Below are positions 36,542-48,801 of a stretch of DNA of 64,000 nucleotides, in pieces. Position 1 is the stretch's first letter; every line of letters starts with the position of its first letter. Below the pieces are notes generated by a model. The model made no database searches, was not told the origin of the DNA, and saw nothing but the letters and a program-made list of their open reading frames with translations. This DNA comes from Chiloscyllium plagiosum. Taxonomy: Eukaryota. The stretch is from the NCBI RefSeq assembly GCF_004010195.1, contig NC_057746.1, forward strand, positions 11,134,881 through 11,198,880, written 5' to 3'. A program made the translations under genes and the position numbers.

Positions 36542-37875
36542 TGTTATTGATCGGGCCGAACACGCTCAAATCATTTTAAGAGGGTAACCCAGACCCTACC
36601 GTTTTCAGTTGTTTTCAGTAATTACAAGGTGGAAATCCCAGGAATGATGTAGCTGGTCTGAAGTAAAGCATAATTTACTTGTGCACCAGCAAACAAAATA
36701 TAAACAAACGCAAAAACACAATTTAAAATAGCAATGCTTTGAAAGCCCGTCCAACACAATACCCCCCACAACTTAACAAACAGCTGTTTCAATTTCCCAC
36801 AAGTTCCCATAATATATCGCTAGATCAAAAGACATATTCAGGCATAGGATTCATGCAAGCAGCAGAGATTTCATGGAGAAAGTTCAGGCAACATAACTGT
36901 TGAAACTTGCATTCTCTTTTCACTTCGGCTGTTTGTCTTGGAGCCCTGCTAAAGCTAACCTAAACATGAAACTGAAAGGGGAGCAATGAACACTCCCGTA
37001 TCATTGAAGAACGGTTAAAACCAAAAAGTCTAAAAACCAAAAACCATTTCCTGATTATTGCCTTATGCAGAACCCGTTAGCCATAATTAATGTGGCCTTT
37101 CCCAGCCAAATCAGAATCTCCGCCTTTCATAAACCCCTCTGAAAATAAATCAAGTGCAAACAAATCGTTATTGAAGGCATAGTGTCGTCATTCCTGTGTA
37201 CGCATTTCTTGGCTATAAAGAATCAACATGAATTTGTGTAAAAGACAGAAATTTCCAAACTCAATTTGTCTTCAACGAACCCGGAGAAAACCGTTCAGGA
37301 TCCTAGGAACATGTTCGCCCATGTATCAGAGAACGTGGAAATGCCCCAGAAATCGTCTTTGTTACGGATGTGTGTCTGAGGAGATGTGATTCTTTGTGTT
37401 TTAAGTCACATTTTTGCAAGTAATTCAGAACTTTACACTACCTATTTCCACCTCAATTATATCAAAACCTTTCTAAATACAGCGACACATGAGAAAATAT
37501 CACTGGGTCGTCAAACAGGCTGGTACCTTTGCATCCAAGCTATTGTATAATTTGCTTGTTTTCTTTCATCACAGTCAACGTATTGACGATATATATCCTG
37601 CTTTATAAAGAGAGTTCCAGCCTGGACCTGATTCGATAGGTTCAGCAGCATTTTTTTCACTGCTAAAGAAAATCAAACCAGCAGGAACCCTGGGCTGGGA
37701 GAACTGGCCACACTCTTTCATTGAAAGCCTCTGCCTGTGGCATTGTCTGTTACCTACTATCTGATCTGTCCAAAACTCTACACCCCAGACTTTTCCGAGT
37801 CTGTGTCAATTACGATCACGGTTAAAAATTAACACATGGACTACACAATCTTGTGAAAGGAGCCGATTCGTTGCA
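36542..37875. repeat. Two probable solo LTRs (~36542-37190 and ~37360-37875)
   Basis: Starts TGTTATTGA / TGTTACGGA, ends TCGTCA / TCGTTGCA; the two share an internal block (gctaaag...cactc...tcattgaa). No TSDs seen. Confidence 0.4.
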
Positions 37876-37921
37876 TTTCAATCGCTGACACATCAAGGTA
37901 GGAAAACTAGTGGTTGGCTTT

Positions 37922-40344
37922 TGTTATGAAGCTGTAGAGGTGACTGTACCTTTAAGATATTTGAACAGCTTGCAAGGGCAAAGCACAGATAGCCCAGAAC
38001 AAGGTTAAAAAAAAGTCACACGTGGTCGAAACAAATAACTGCGAATGGGTTGCCATGAAACAAAAACCAAATTAAAATTGGCCAAACGGTTTAAATTATG
38101 CCCCAGAAAACCAAAATCTAATCATTTTCAATTTAGTGTGCATTAACATTAATACTTAACAAATTATCCGGTATTTCGGAGTATAAAACCGGACCGGTTT
38201 AGTAGTAGTCAGGGATGAACAACCAAAGACCAACAAATGTAGACTGCTTCTTGAAGAACTCTCTGAAAGGTTCTTGTCTGTTGTCAGTTTGCATAGCAGG
38301 CCGACCTGAAGAGAATCGAATAAACAAGACAATCGGCAAAGCTGACCGGTTTTGAATCGTGGTTATCCCATTTTTTGTAAGTCTTAATCGGGATTTCTTT
38401 ATCAGATTAGTATTGAAGAGTGGCAGGTAAAAGATAGGTTTAGTAGAAAAAAAGTTCGAAATGGTTGTTGGTTTTAGTATTCTCCATTGGATTTGAAGAA
38501 CAATGTTGTTTATTTTTATTTTAAATAGAGACGTCTGTGATTGTTTTTGCCTCTGGAATTTTAACAGACTATTGAGTGAGTTTTTTTTCTGTTGAAATTA
38601 GCAGAAGGGTTTACCCTGTGTCATAACAGTTTTGGGATTTCGTCCACAATATGAACTGGTTTCAACAGATCCAGCCTGAAACATGGAGAGATTCGAATAG
38701 ATTTGGGATACTATACCGCCCAGTATACTTAGACATGGGCAGGTTAATGTCCTAGATCTTTAGATAAAACATGGGTAAGACAATTTGTTTAATTTCGGTG
38801 ACTTGTGGTTGGTTAAATTAAAAGTGAGAGAAATGTCTGCTCAAATTGAGAAAGAGGTTTTGAGATTTGAAGATGATTCTCAAATTTGCCAAAACGTTTA
38901 GAAGGAAAGAAAAAAGCCACAATTTTATAATTAACAAGGAAGTTAAATTTGGGTTTAACCAAGGACAGAAGGAAACCTGAAATTGTAAGCGTGGTACTCA
39001 AACACTTGGGTTTATCAGAGAAACTAGATGTAGAAAACCTTAAAATACAATTGATAAAATGGAGTCTGAAGAGAAGGAAAGGAAGTCAGAAAGAGAAAGA
39101 CAGAGAGAAGAAAGAGAAAGAGAGAGAGAGGAAATTAGAGGGAGAGTGAGAGAAAGAGACAGTTCTTAGCTGAGCAAAGGGAGGAAGAAGCCGGGGACAG
39201 AGGAAGAGACAGGGGAAAAATAAAGATAGAGAAGGTTCTGAGCTGATGAACAAAGAAGAAAAAGATTTTGAAGTTGACAAATTGAGACTTAGCAAAGTCA
39301 ACTTGACAGTTTGGAGATTAAAAGGGTAAGTAGCGATATATATATATAAATACGTCAAAACCCTGTTGCATTTTGATGACAAAGATACTGAGGTCTTATT
39401 TATTTTATGTGAAGAATTGGCTCGGCAGATGGAGTTGAGGATCCAAAATTTGAATTTATGCTGTTGTCAGAAGCAACAAGTATGTTTAGGTTTGTATCAA
39501 CCACAAAATGGCTTTTCAATTTAAAATGACACATCAACATGGTACAACTAATGATTTGACGCTGTGAACTTGAACTGATGTTTTGCTAAGTTGGTTGTAT
39601 TTAGAGATAAGAGAAAACAATGGAGTTTTCATAATATAAATCATAAGACAGTCATTCCGTATTCGAAATAACTTTGAACTGCTGCCATGAAATGACGATT
39701 TATGAAATTAAGACTCCTTTCTCAGGGAATATAATTGGTTAGCCTGCTGTCAATTATGTCACCTTATTACATTTTATTGGTCTTTTCTAGTAAATAAGGC
39801 TGTACAGTCTCTTATAAAACAAATTAAAATTGTGCAATTTTTGAATGTAATTATACCATTTTCCCACAGAACGCAGGAGCATTTGACCTCCCTGTTGCTG
39901 GATAAATCTGCGCCAGGCTGCATCAATTTATTAAACTGATAAACTTGCTTTAAACAGACCGTACTCCTCGTGATTCTTTTCACCGATCTCGAACCAAGAA
40001 ACCTTTTTGGAGGGGTCCAGATCTTCAGAGTTGCCCGAAGATTTATGGGTAATGCGAATTCAGACTAAACTGGTAGGCGGCGCCAGTGAGGTAATGCCAT
40101 ACGCTGTTTATAACTGATTGTGTCGGAACCTCCCGAGAACTGAAAGGGTGAAGCAGCAATTGTTAACGAGAATGGATGTGTCTATCATATGTGTGGAGGC
40201 AATTCCATTATGGAGTATCAAGGCAAAAATAGTGTGTGAGGTGTTAGTAGTTTTCTTCAGATGGTCTGAGCTACCCAGAGAGTTTCAGTCAGACCAAGGT
40301 TCAGATTTTACTGCTCGGCTCTTGAAGGAGGTTAAGGATTCAAA
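37922..40344 (+). mobile_element. Gypsy/Gmr1-like LTR retrotransposon relic (5' LTR, gag fragment, integrase fragment)
   Basis: LTR 37922-38628 with perfect 8-bp inverted ends TGTTATGA/TCATAACA; degenerate tRNA-Pro-like PBS at 38633-38650 (12/18); K/E/R-rich gag then HFDDKDTEVLF...LARQME[insert]LPEDLWVMRIQTKLVG; integrase LLTRMDVS...EAIPL...FQSDQGSDFTA at ~40110-40340. Confidence 0.78.
39436..40027. mobile_element. Solo LTR (592 bp) inserted in the Gypsy gag
   Basis: Ends TGAGGATC...GATCTTCA (7/8 inverted repeat, TG..CA); 4-bp TSD GAGT at 39432-39435 and 40028-40031; removal restores the gag reading M-E-L-P-E. Confidence 0.8.
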
Positions 40345-42080
40345 GTTCGGGAGAAGATTTGTAGCTCGGGTGCTCGTTGTTGTGGTTCTGTTCACCGAGC
40401 TGGGAATTTGTGTTGCAGACGTTTCGTCCCCTGTCTAGGTGACATTCTCAGTGCTTGGAAGCCTCCTGTGAAGCGCTTCTTGATGTTTCCTCCGGCATTT
40501 ATAGTGATTTGTATCTGCTGCTTCCGGTTGTCAATTCCAGCTGTCCGCTGCAGTGGCTGTTATATTGGGTCCAGGTAGATGTGCTTATTGATTGAATCTG
40601 TGGATGAGTGCCATGCCTCTAGGAATTCTCTGGCTGTTCTCTGTTTGGCTTGTCCGATAACAGTAGTGTTGTCCCAGTCGAAATCATGTTGATTGTCATC
40701 TGAGTGTGTGGCTACTAAGAACAGCTGGCCATGTCTTTTTGTAGCTAGCTGGTGTTCATGTATCCTGGTGGCTAACTTTCTTCCTGTTTGTCCTACGTAG
40801 TGTCTGTGGCAGTCCTTGCATGGAATTTTATAGATGACGTTGGTTTTGTCCATGGGTTATACTGGGTCTTTTAAGTTTGTTAGTTTTTGTTTGAGAGTGT
40901 TGGTGGGTTTGTGTGCTGCGAGGATTCCGAGGGGTCTCAGTAGTCTGGCTGTCATTTCTGAAACTACACCCTAAACCTCAACCTGAGTTACAAAACTTCA
41001 CAAACCTTGCGAAAACCTATGGCCGCAACACGCTATAACTGGCCCGAAGATGGGAAAGAAATGCCATCCGAGAGAGTTCCACCCGCGAACAACTGTACTT
41101 CCTGCATGGATGTTTAAGAAAACAGGTACTGCCAAAATGTCTCCAATATAAACCGCTGAAAAAAACACCTCAAGACAGAAATTTAACAGAACAAAACGGC
41201 CGCAGAATGCTCCAAGAACTAATCAGTGACGCCCACCACAGACTCCGAAAATACAACCGGGAAATTGTGCGCCAAAAACTGTTATTCAAACAAGCAACAA
41301 ATCAAGAATGGACAGACGCGGTAGAACAAGCCATAAACACCAAACAACGACAAACGTAGATAAAGAAAAATCGGGATCTGAAGAAAAAACTTGACAAACT
41401 CACAAAAAAAGACAAAACCGATAATTCAGAGTCATGGATAAAGAACCAATCAGACCGGACCCTATCAGACACAAAAAAAGTGGTACTAGTCAAAGGATTA
41501 AATTTCAATTACCGAGATGCTGACAAGAAGGATTTCCGAGCGGAATTAAAAACCACATTGAAGGACAACAATCTCACGGAAGAAACACAACAAACTATCA
41601 GACAGACAGTTGCACCTACTCTCAGCCGAAAAAGGGAAGGAAACAAACTGAACACACAAGAAAAGAAAGCCCTCGAGAACCTCAAAAAAGTCAAAAACAT
41701 CGTTATATTACCTGCTGACAAAGGTTGGATCACAGTCATCCTGAACAGAAGGGACGACATAGAGAAAGACAATTCACTACTCGCAGACACCAACACCTAC
41801 CAAAAGGTGGCGCTAGACTCGACCCCACAACTAGGAAACAAAATTACATATCTCCTAAGAAAATTACACAATTCCGGACAATTAAACAAGACGGAATTCC
41901 AGAAAATGAAACCCGACGGGACCAACACCCCACGATTCTACGGACTACCAAAAATCCATAATCCAGGAGGCCCCCTCAGACCTATAAGGAGAAAGTGAGG
42001 TCTGCAGATGCTGGAGATCAAAGTTGAAACTTTATTGCTGGAACAGCACAGCAGGTCAGGCAGCATCCAGGGAACAGGAG

Positions 42081-42116
42081 ATTCGACGTTTCGGGCACAG
42101 GCCCTTCTTCAGGAAT
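42081..42116 (-). ncRNA. Minimal hammerhead ribozyme motif (inverted copy)
   Basis: Exact reverse complement of 42469-42504. Confidence 0.7.
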
Positions 42117-42468
42117 GAGCAGAGAGTGTTCAGCAGGAGAAGATAAAAGGTAGGGAGGAGGGACTTGGAGGAGGGGAGTTGGAGAGGAGGAGCGTCTTAT
42201 CTTCCGACTGGGAACCCTCCAACCGCAGGGGATGAACTTGGACTTCACCAGTTTCTTCATCCCCCTCCCCCCCCCTTGTCTCAGCCGAATCCCTCCCGCC
42301 TGGCACCGCCTTCCTGACCTGCAGTCTTCTTGTTGACCTCTCCGCCTCCATCCTACTCCGACCTATCACCCTCACCTTGACCTCTTTCCACCTATCACAT
42401 TTCCAACTCCCCTCCTCCAAGTCCCTCCTCCCTACCTTTTATCTTCTCCTGCTGAACACTCTCTGCTC

Positions 42469-42504
42469 ATTCCTGAAGAAGGGCCTGTGCCCGAAACGTC
42501 GAAT
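42469..42504 (+). ncRNA. Minimal hammerhead ribozyme motif
   Basis: ATTC-CTGAAGA-A-GGGC-CTGT-GCCC-GAAAC-GTC-GAAT: stem I ATTC/GAAT, CUGANGA core, stem II GGGC/GCCC, GAAA core, palindromic ACGT in place of helix III, GUC triplet. Confidence 0.7.
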
Positions 42505-45500
42505 CTCCTGTTCCCTGGATGCTGCCTGACCTGCTGTGCTGTTCCAGCAATAAAGTTTCAACCCCTCAGACCTATACTCTCACTACTTGGAACAGCAGCT
42601 TACAGACTAGCAAAATAACTACACGCAAGACTGAAATACGTAGTAGAAGAGTCACAGCACTCCATCCACTCCACCAGGAATTCCAAAAAATCATCAAAAA
42701 CAACAATGTAGAGGAAGACGAAGCAATAATCTCATTCGACATAACAGCACTGTTCACCTCCATCAACGTCGACTTAGCAAAAGAAACACTCGCCACACTT
42801 TTAGAAGAGACCATTTCACACACACCAACCACCATCAATCACATTACCAACGAAAGCATCATGAAGCTAGTGGACCTGTGCCTCACCACCCACTTCACTT
42901 TTAACAACATAGTATACAAACAAACCAACGACACACCCATGGGATCTCCACTATCAGGATTCATAGCAGAAGTGGTAATGCAAAGGCTAGGACAAACAAC
43001 CCTACCAATCATCAAACCAAAAATCTGGGTTCGCTACGTAGATGACACCTTTGTGATCACCAAACGAAACAAGATAGAAGAGACATTTAACATCATCAAC
43101 AACACCCTCACAGGCATAAAGTTCACCAAGGAGGAAGAAACCGACAACAAACTCACATTCCTGAACGTCACAGTAGAAAGAAAGGACAAGGGAGAATTAC
43201 AATCCTGCATATACAGAAACTCACAAACACTGATCAAATACTCAACTACACCAGCAAACATCCCAACACATACAAACGAAGCTGTATCAGAATACTATTC
43301 CAACGAGCCAACACACACTGCAGCGCAGACTAACTTCGAAAAACAGAGGAGAACCACCTATACAACGTATTCAAGGAGAACGGATACTCAAAAAACACAG
43401 CACGCAGATTCCTCAAGAGCAAACCACGACAAGCAGACAAAACCCAGCCAGAAACCCTAACCACCTTACCATATATCAAAGAAGTTTCAGAAATGACAGC
43501 CACACCACTAAGACCCCTCGGAATCCTAGTAGCACACAAACACACCAACACTCTCAAACAAAAACTAACAAACGTAAAAAACCTAGTACAACCCATGGGC
43601 AAAACCAACGTCATCTATAAAATTCCATGCAAGGATTGCCACAAACACCACAAAACAGGAAGTAAGTTAGCTACCAGGATATATGAACACCAGCTAGCCA
43701 CAAACAGACACGACACCCTCGCCCTCATAGCCCTACACACGGATGAAAAAAACCACCATTTCGAGTGGGACAACACGTCTATCCTGGGACAGGCTAAGCA
43801 AAGACATGCCAGAGAATTCCTAGAGGCCTGACACTCCAACCACAACGCCATTAACAAGCACATAGATCCAGATGCCATCTATCAACCCGAACAGGAAATG
43901 ACATCACCACAAACCCCAGGAAACCTATCCAGGAGAAAGATATAAATAGAAAGCAGGAGACAACAGCTTCGCTTCACTTGGAGGTCGCCACTGATAATGT
44001 TACCTAGCCAGGTAATGAAACGTCTGGATATCAAACCTACAGCTCAGCGAGCAAACCTACACCCTAAACCTCAACCTGAGCTACAAATCTTCACAAACCT
44101 TGCCATTGACTTGTATAAAAGAGGTGAGCGCAGTGATTCAGCTAAGAGTGACGGAACCGTATAAAAGATAGTGGATGACTCAGGATGGCATCAAGAAACC
44201 TGGCTAAACTGAATTTAAGCTGACACTTAAAATATTGTCTAAAATCTGAGCATGTTTTAGGTCGTGTGTCATGGATATCGCCCCTGCCTCTGTGCCGGTG
44301 CTCTGGACTCGATTTCAGTCCATCAGGTTGTGATAGTGTCCATCTCTTTGGAGCGGACTGTCTGGATTCAAGTCCTGAATTTCACAGAGGTGTGTCACAA
44401 AATGTCAGAATGGGCAGAAGTAAAAACACACAGCAGATTACTGTTGCAGCTTTATGGGCTATTGGTGTGTAGTGGTAGTGTCAGAATCTCTGGGTCTAAA
44501 GTTCTTATTTCCAATCCCACAGAGGTATTTCATAATGTGCCTGAACAGGTAGATTAAAATGAATTTATAATTGTGATTTGATCGAGAAGGAAGAGGTATC
44601 GGTATTAAATTTCAGAATGTAGGCCCGGGATGACTGAAAGCACAGCCATTCCTGTTGATTGGAGACAAATTAGCACCTTCGAGAGATTTATAAAATTATG
44701 AATATGGTGAATAGTCGAGGTCTTTTTTTTAACCAGGCTATGTGAATTTAAAACTAGAAGGTATAAGTTTAAGATGGGAAGATAAAGATTTCAGTGACTT
44801 CAACGGTTAACTTCTTTCACGCAGAGGATGATGTTTTTATGGAATAAGCTGCCAGCGGCTGTACAATTGCAAAATTTAAAAGACATCACGAATGGTATTT
44901 GAGTCTGAAGAGTTTACAGGAATAAGGGTCAAATGCTGGTAAATGGGACGAGATTAGTTTTGAATTTTTCGTCAGTTTGGACGAGTCGAAACGTTTTTCA
45001 GCGGCAACAGCACGTCGAAGGGCAGGGGGTTTGAACAAGGGCCTGCCGGGAGCGGTGAGTCAGTGATTTGAACCTTTAAAAACTTACTTCGAGCGCGGGA
45101 GTCCTCCATTATGTTTTTCAGCGGCAGCAGCAACTCGAAGGGCAGGAGCTTGGACCAGCGGCCTGCCTGGAGAGGTGAGTCATTGATGTGAGCTTTTACT
45201 TTTGAAATCTGAGAGCAGCGGTTTCTGGGAAAGGAGGGACTTCTTAATTTTATTTCCATTCAGCTATATAAGTCAGTGTTTTCTAAAACCGAGACCCTGC
45301 CTTTGTAGAGCCTCGCACCCAACCAGCTCTTCTGACCTTAAAGATCCGGGACACAAGAGGTAATTGTCTCCTTTTTTAAACTTTGTAATAAGGGGACTAG
45401 CAGGGATTGCAGTGCGGGAGGTCAATGCTCCCCCTGCATAATGTTTGAGGTGAGAGATGCTTCTAGTGTTCTATCCAAATACATCTGCAGCAAGTTCACC

Positions 45501-47063
45501 TAACTCTCACTCCTCCAAGACCGTGTTAGGGAATGGACGGGAGCTGGATGAACTTCGGATCACTCGGGACGCAGAGGCTGTGATAAACAAGAGTTACAGG
45601 GAAGTAGCTACACCTCGGCACGAAGAAAGCTGGTTGTCTGTTCGAAGGGGGGAAAGCAGTCACTGGAGGGATCTCCTGTGGCGGTTTCCCTGAAAAACAT
45701 GTATATCGTTTTGGATACTGTTGTGGGGGAGGACTGACTGGGGTAAGCAGTTGTCCAGGTCTCAGGCACAGAGCCTGTCCCTGTTGCACAGAAGGTAAGG
45801 AGGGAAACGAGGAGAGCGCTAGTGATTGGGGACTCAATAGTTCGAGGGTCAGATCGAATGTTTGTTGAAAACGAACGAGACTCACGGTTCGTGTGTTGCC
45901 TGGCAGGTGTCAGGATCCATGAAGCTTCAGATTGTATCTTTGGGGTTCTGAAGGGAGAGGGTGACCAGCGTCAAATCGTGGTCCATGTATGTGCCAACGA
46001 CATAGTAGAAAGACGGATAGGGATAAGGCTGGATTTCAGGGAGTTAGGGTGGCAGCTGAGAGGTAGAAAAAACAGAGTTGTTGTCTCTGGTTTGTTACCC
46101 ATGCCACGTGATAGCGAGGCAAGTAATAGGGAGAGACATCAGCTGAACACGTGGCTGCAAGGATGGTGCAGGAGGGGGTGCTTTCAGGTACTTGGATAAT
46201 TGGGGCTCATTCTGGGAAGGTGGACCTGTACAAACAGGGCGGTCTTCACTTGAAACAGAGGGGTACTAATAAACTAGGTGGGGCATTTGCTGGTGCTATT
46301 TGGGTTGATTTAAACTGGCTCAGCAGGGGGAGGGGAACCTAGAATGTACTTGCAGTGCACAGGAGGATGACAGGAGGGAGAACAGGGACAGGATTTCAGG
46401 GTCACAGGAATGTGCTGGCAGACAGCAAGCCGGTTTGAAATAAGGCAGTTGAACTTGCAGCATGGATAGGTACCTGGGACCTCGATGTTGTGGCAAATTT
46501 GGAGACATGGATAGAGCAGGGTGAGGAATGGATTTTGCCGGTTCGAAGTTTAGATCTTTCATTGAGAACATGCAAGGCAGTAAAAGAGGGGGAGGCCTGG
46601 ACCTGTTAGTCAAGGATAGCATAAGTGGCTGATAGAACATTTGACGAGGACTCGTCTACTGAGGTAGTGTGGGCTGAGAGTAGAAATAGGAAGGACAGTT
46701 CACACTGCATGGAGTTTTTTTATAGGCCTCCGCAGTGTTTCAGGGAGGTGGACAAGGGTAATAGCAAAATTATTCTGGCGACAAGTGAAAGGAAAAGTGG
46801 TCATTATGGGAGACTTTAACTTCCCAAACATTGACTGGAATTGCTATAACTATAGTACATCGGATGGATCAGTTTTGGCCCAATGTGTATAGGAGGGTTT
46901 CCTGACACAGTATGTCGAAGGGCCGACAAGAGGGAGAGCACACGGGACCTAGTGCTTGGTAATGAACCAGGCCACGTGTTTGATTGAGTTGTAGGTGAGC
47001 ACTTTGCAGAGAGTGACCGTAATTCAGTTGCGTTTAGGTGAGCGATGGAATGCGATAGATACA

Positions 47064-47366
47064 TAGATTAGATTACTTACAGTGTGGAAACAGGCCCTTC
47101 GGCCCAACAAGTCCATACCGACCCGCCGAAGCGCAACCCACCCATACCCCTATATTTACCCCTTCACCTAACACTACGGGCAATTTAGCATGGCCAATTC
47201 ACCTGACCTGCACATCTTTGGACTGTGGGAGGAAACCGGAGCACCCGGAGGAAACCCACGCAGACACGGGGAGAACGTGCAAACTCCACACAGTCAGTCG
47301 CCGGAGGTGGGAATGTCTCTGGCGCTGTGAGGCAGCAGTGCTAACCACTGTGCCACCGTGCCGCCC
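47064..47366 (-). mobile_element. HE1-type SINE
   Basis: Reverse complement of the 58828 element. Confidence 0.9.
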
Positions 47367-48801
47367 AGAGGTAAAGAGTTATCTATGGGACAAGGGCAAT
47401 TACAATGCGATTAAGCAAGAATGAGAGTACATAGAATGGGGTAGCAAAATGCAGGGGATGCAGACAATGGAAATGTGGAGCTGTTTTAAGGAACAGATAT
47501 TGCATGTCCTTGATAGGTATGTTCCTGTCAGGAAGGGAGGAACGGGTAAGGTAAGGGAACCGTGGTTTAATGCAGACGTTGCATCTCTTTTTAATCAAAA
47601 GAAGGAGGCTTATGCATTGATGAGGCAATGTGGTTCAGATGAGGCGATGGAGAGTGACAGATCAGCTAGGAACGATTCAAAGAGAGAGATAAGAAGAGCA
47701 AAGACAGGACACTAGTAGTCCTCAGCAAATAGAATAAAGGAGAACCCTAAAGCTTTCTATAGGTATGTGAGGAATAAAAGGATGACTGCAATAGGAATAG
47801 AGCCAGTCAAAGACAGAAGTGTGAAGTTGAATGTGGACTCTGTGGAGATTGGAGAGGTGCGAAACGAACATTCCTCATCGGTTTTCACTCAGCAAAAGAA
47901 CAATATTGTAGAGGAGAAGAATGAGGTATGACATATTAGACCAGAATAGGTTGAGGATAATTACGAAGAAGTTATTAATTGTACAAGGAGTGAAAGTAGA
48001 CAGATCCCCTGGGCTGGATGAGATTTATCCGTGGATTATCTGGGAAGTTTGGGAGGAGATAGCAGAGCTTTTGGCTTTGATATTTGAGTCGTCATTGTCT
48101 ACAGTACCAGAAGACTGGAGGATTGCAAATGTTGTATCCTTGTTCAAGAAGGGCAGTGGAGATGACCCAGGTAAATATACGCCAGTGAGACTTACGTCTA
48201 TTGTAGGAAAGGTTTTGGAAAGGATTATAAGAGATAAGATGTATAATCATCAAGCAAGCAACAATTTGATTTCAGATTGTCAACAAGGTTTCGTCAAGTG
48301 CAGGTCGTGTCTCACAAAACTATTGAGTTTTGAAAAGGTGACCAGGCATGTTCTTGAAGATAGGGCCCTTGACGTGGTACACATGGACTTCAGTAAAGCC
48401 TTTGATAAAGTTCAACACGGTAGGCTGTTGGAGGAACTGCAGAAACATGAGATTGAGGCGATTTAGAAGTTTGGATTAGAAACTGGATTTCTGAAAGAAG
48501 GCAGCGAATGGTGATTGATGGAAAATATTCAACCTGGAGTCTAGTGGTGTGCCACAAGGATCTGTTTTGGGACGACTGCTTTTGTCATTTTTATAAATGA
48601 CTTAGCCGAAGGCATAGGTGGTTCGAAGAGTAAATTTCAGATGACACTGAAGTCGGTGGAGTAATGGACAGTGTGGAAGAATGTTACAGGTTGAGGGGGA
48701 CATGGATAAACTACAGATTTGGGCTGAGAGCTGGCAAATGGAGTTCAATGCAACCAAATGTGAAGTCATGTACTTTGGGAAGAATAACAGGAAGGCAGAA
48801 T

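Larger units (their letters stand above)
41987..42561. mobile_element. Non-autonomous inverted Penelope pseudo-LTR element nested in another Penelope, exact 15-bp TSD
   Basis: ~160-bp inverted arms (~42023-42184 and ~42402-42562); TSD cccctcagacctata at 41972-41986 and 42562-42576; interrupts the host ORF at PLRPI. Confidence 0.92.
40345..44103 (+). mobile_element. Near full-length Penelope-like element (third family) with inverted 5' arm
   Basis: Plus-strand decayed ORF ~41000-43890 (VLVKGLNF, PADKG, FYGLPKIH, SFDITALFTSI, PMGSPLSG, WVRYVDDTF, NVIYKIPCKDC) bracketed by 47-bp direct repeats (40964-41010, 44057-44103); inverted GIY-YIG/3' arm at 40345-40963; degenerate hammerhead at ~43988-44028. 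Confidence 0.92.

Noticed and set aside
25903-37159. Exact 20-bp match tgaaaataaatcaagtgcaa at 25903-25922 and 37140-37159
   Set aside because: It does not coincide with the ends of one element (second copy is inside a probable LTR) and is AT-rich, so it is not accepted as a TSD; unexplained.
38060-38068. Perfect RSS nonamer ACAAAAACC
   Set aside because: No heptamer 12 or 23 bp upstream; it lies inside a Gypsy LTR.
42519-43460. 313-aa ORF as a functional gene
   Set aside because: Fragment of a Penelope RT whose start comes from a nested insertion and which is frameshifted at both ends.
47385-47400. JH-like tgggacaaggg (WGQG-like)
   Set aside because: It is the CR1 ORF2 linker sequence, also seen at ~34828 and ~63864; no RSS or donor.
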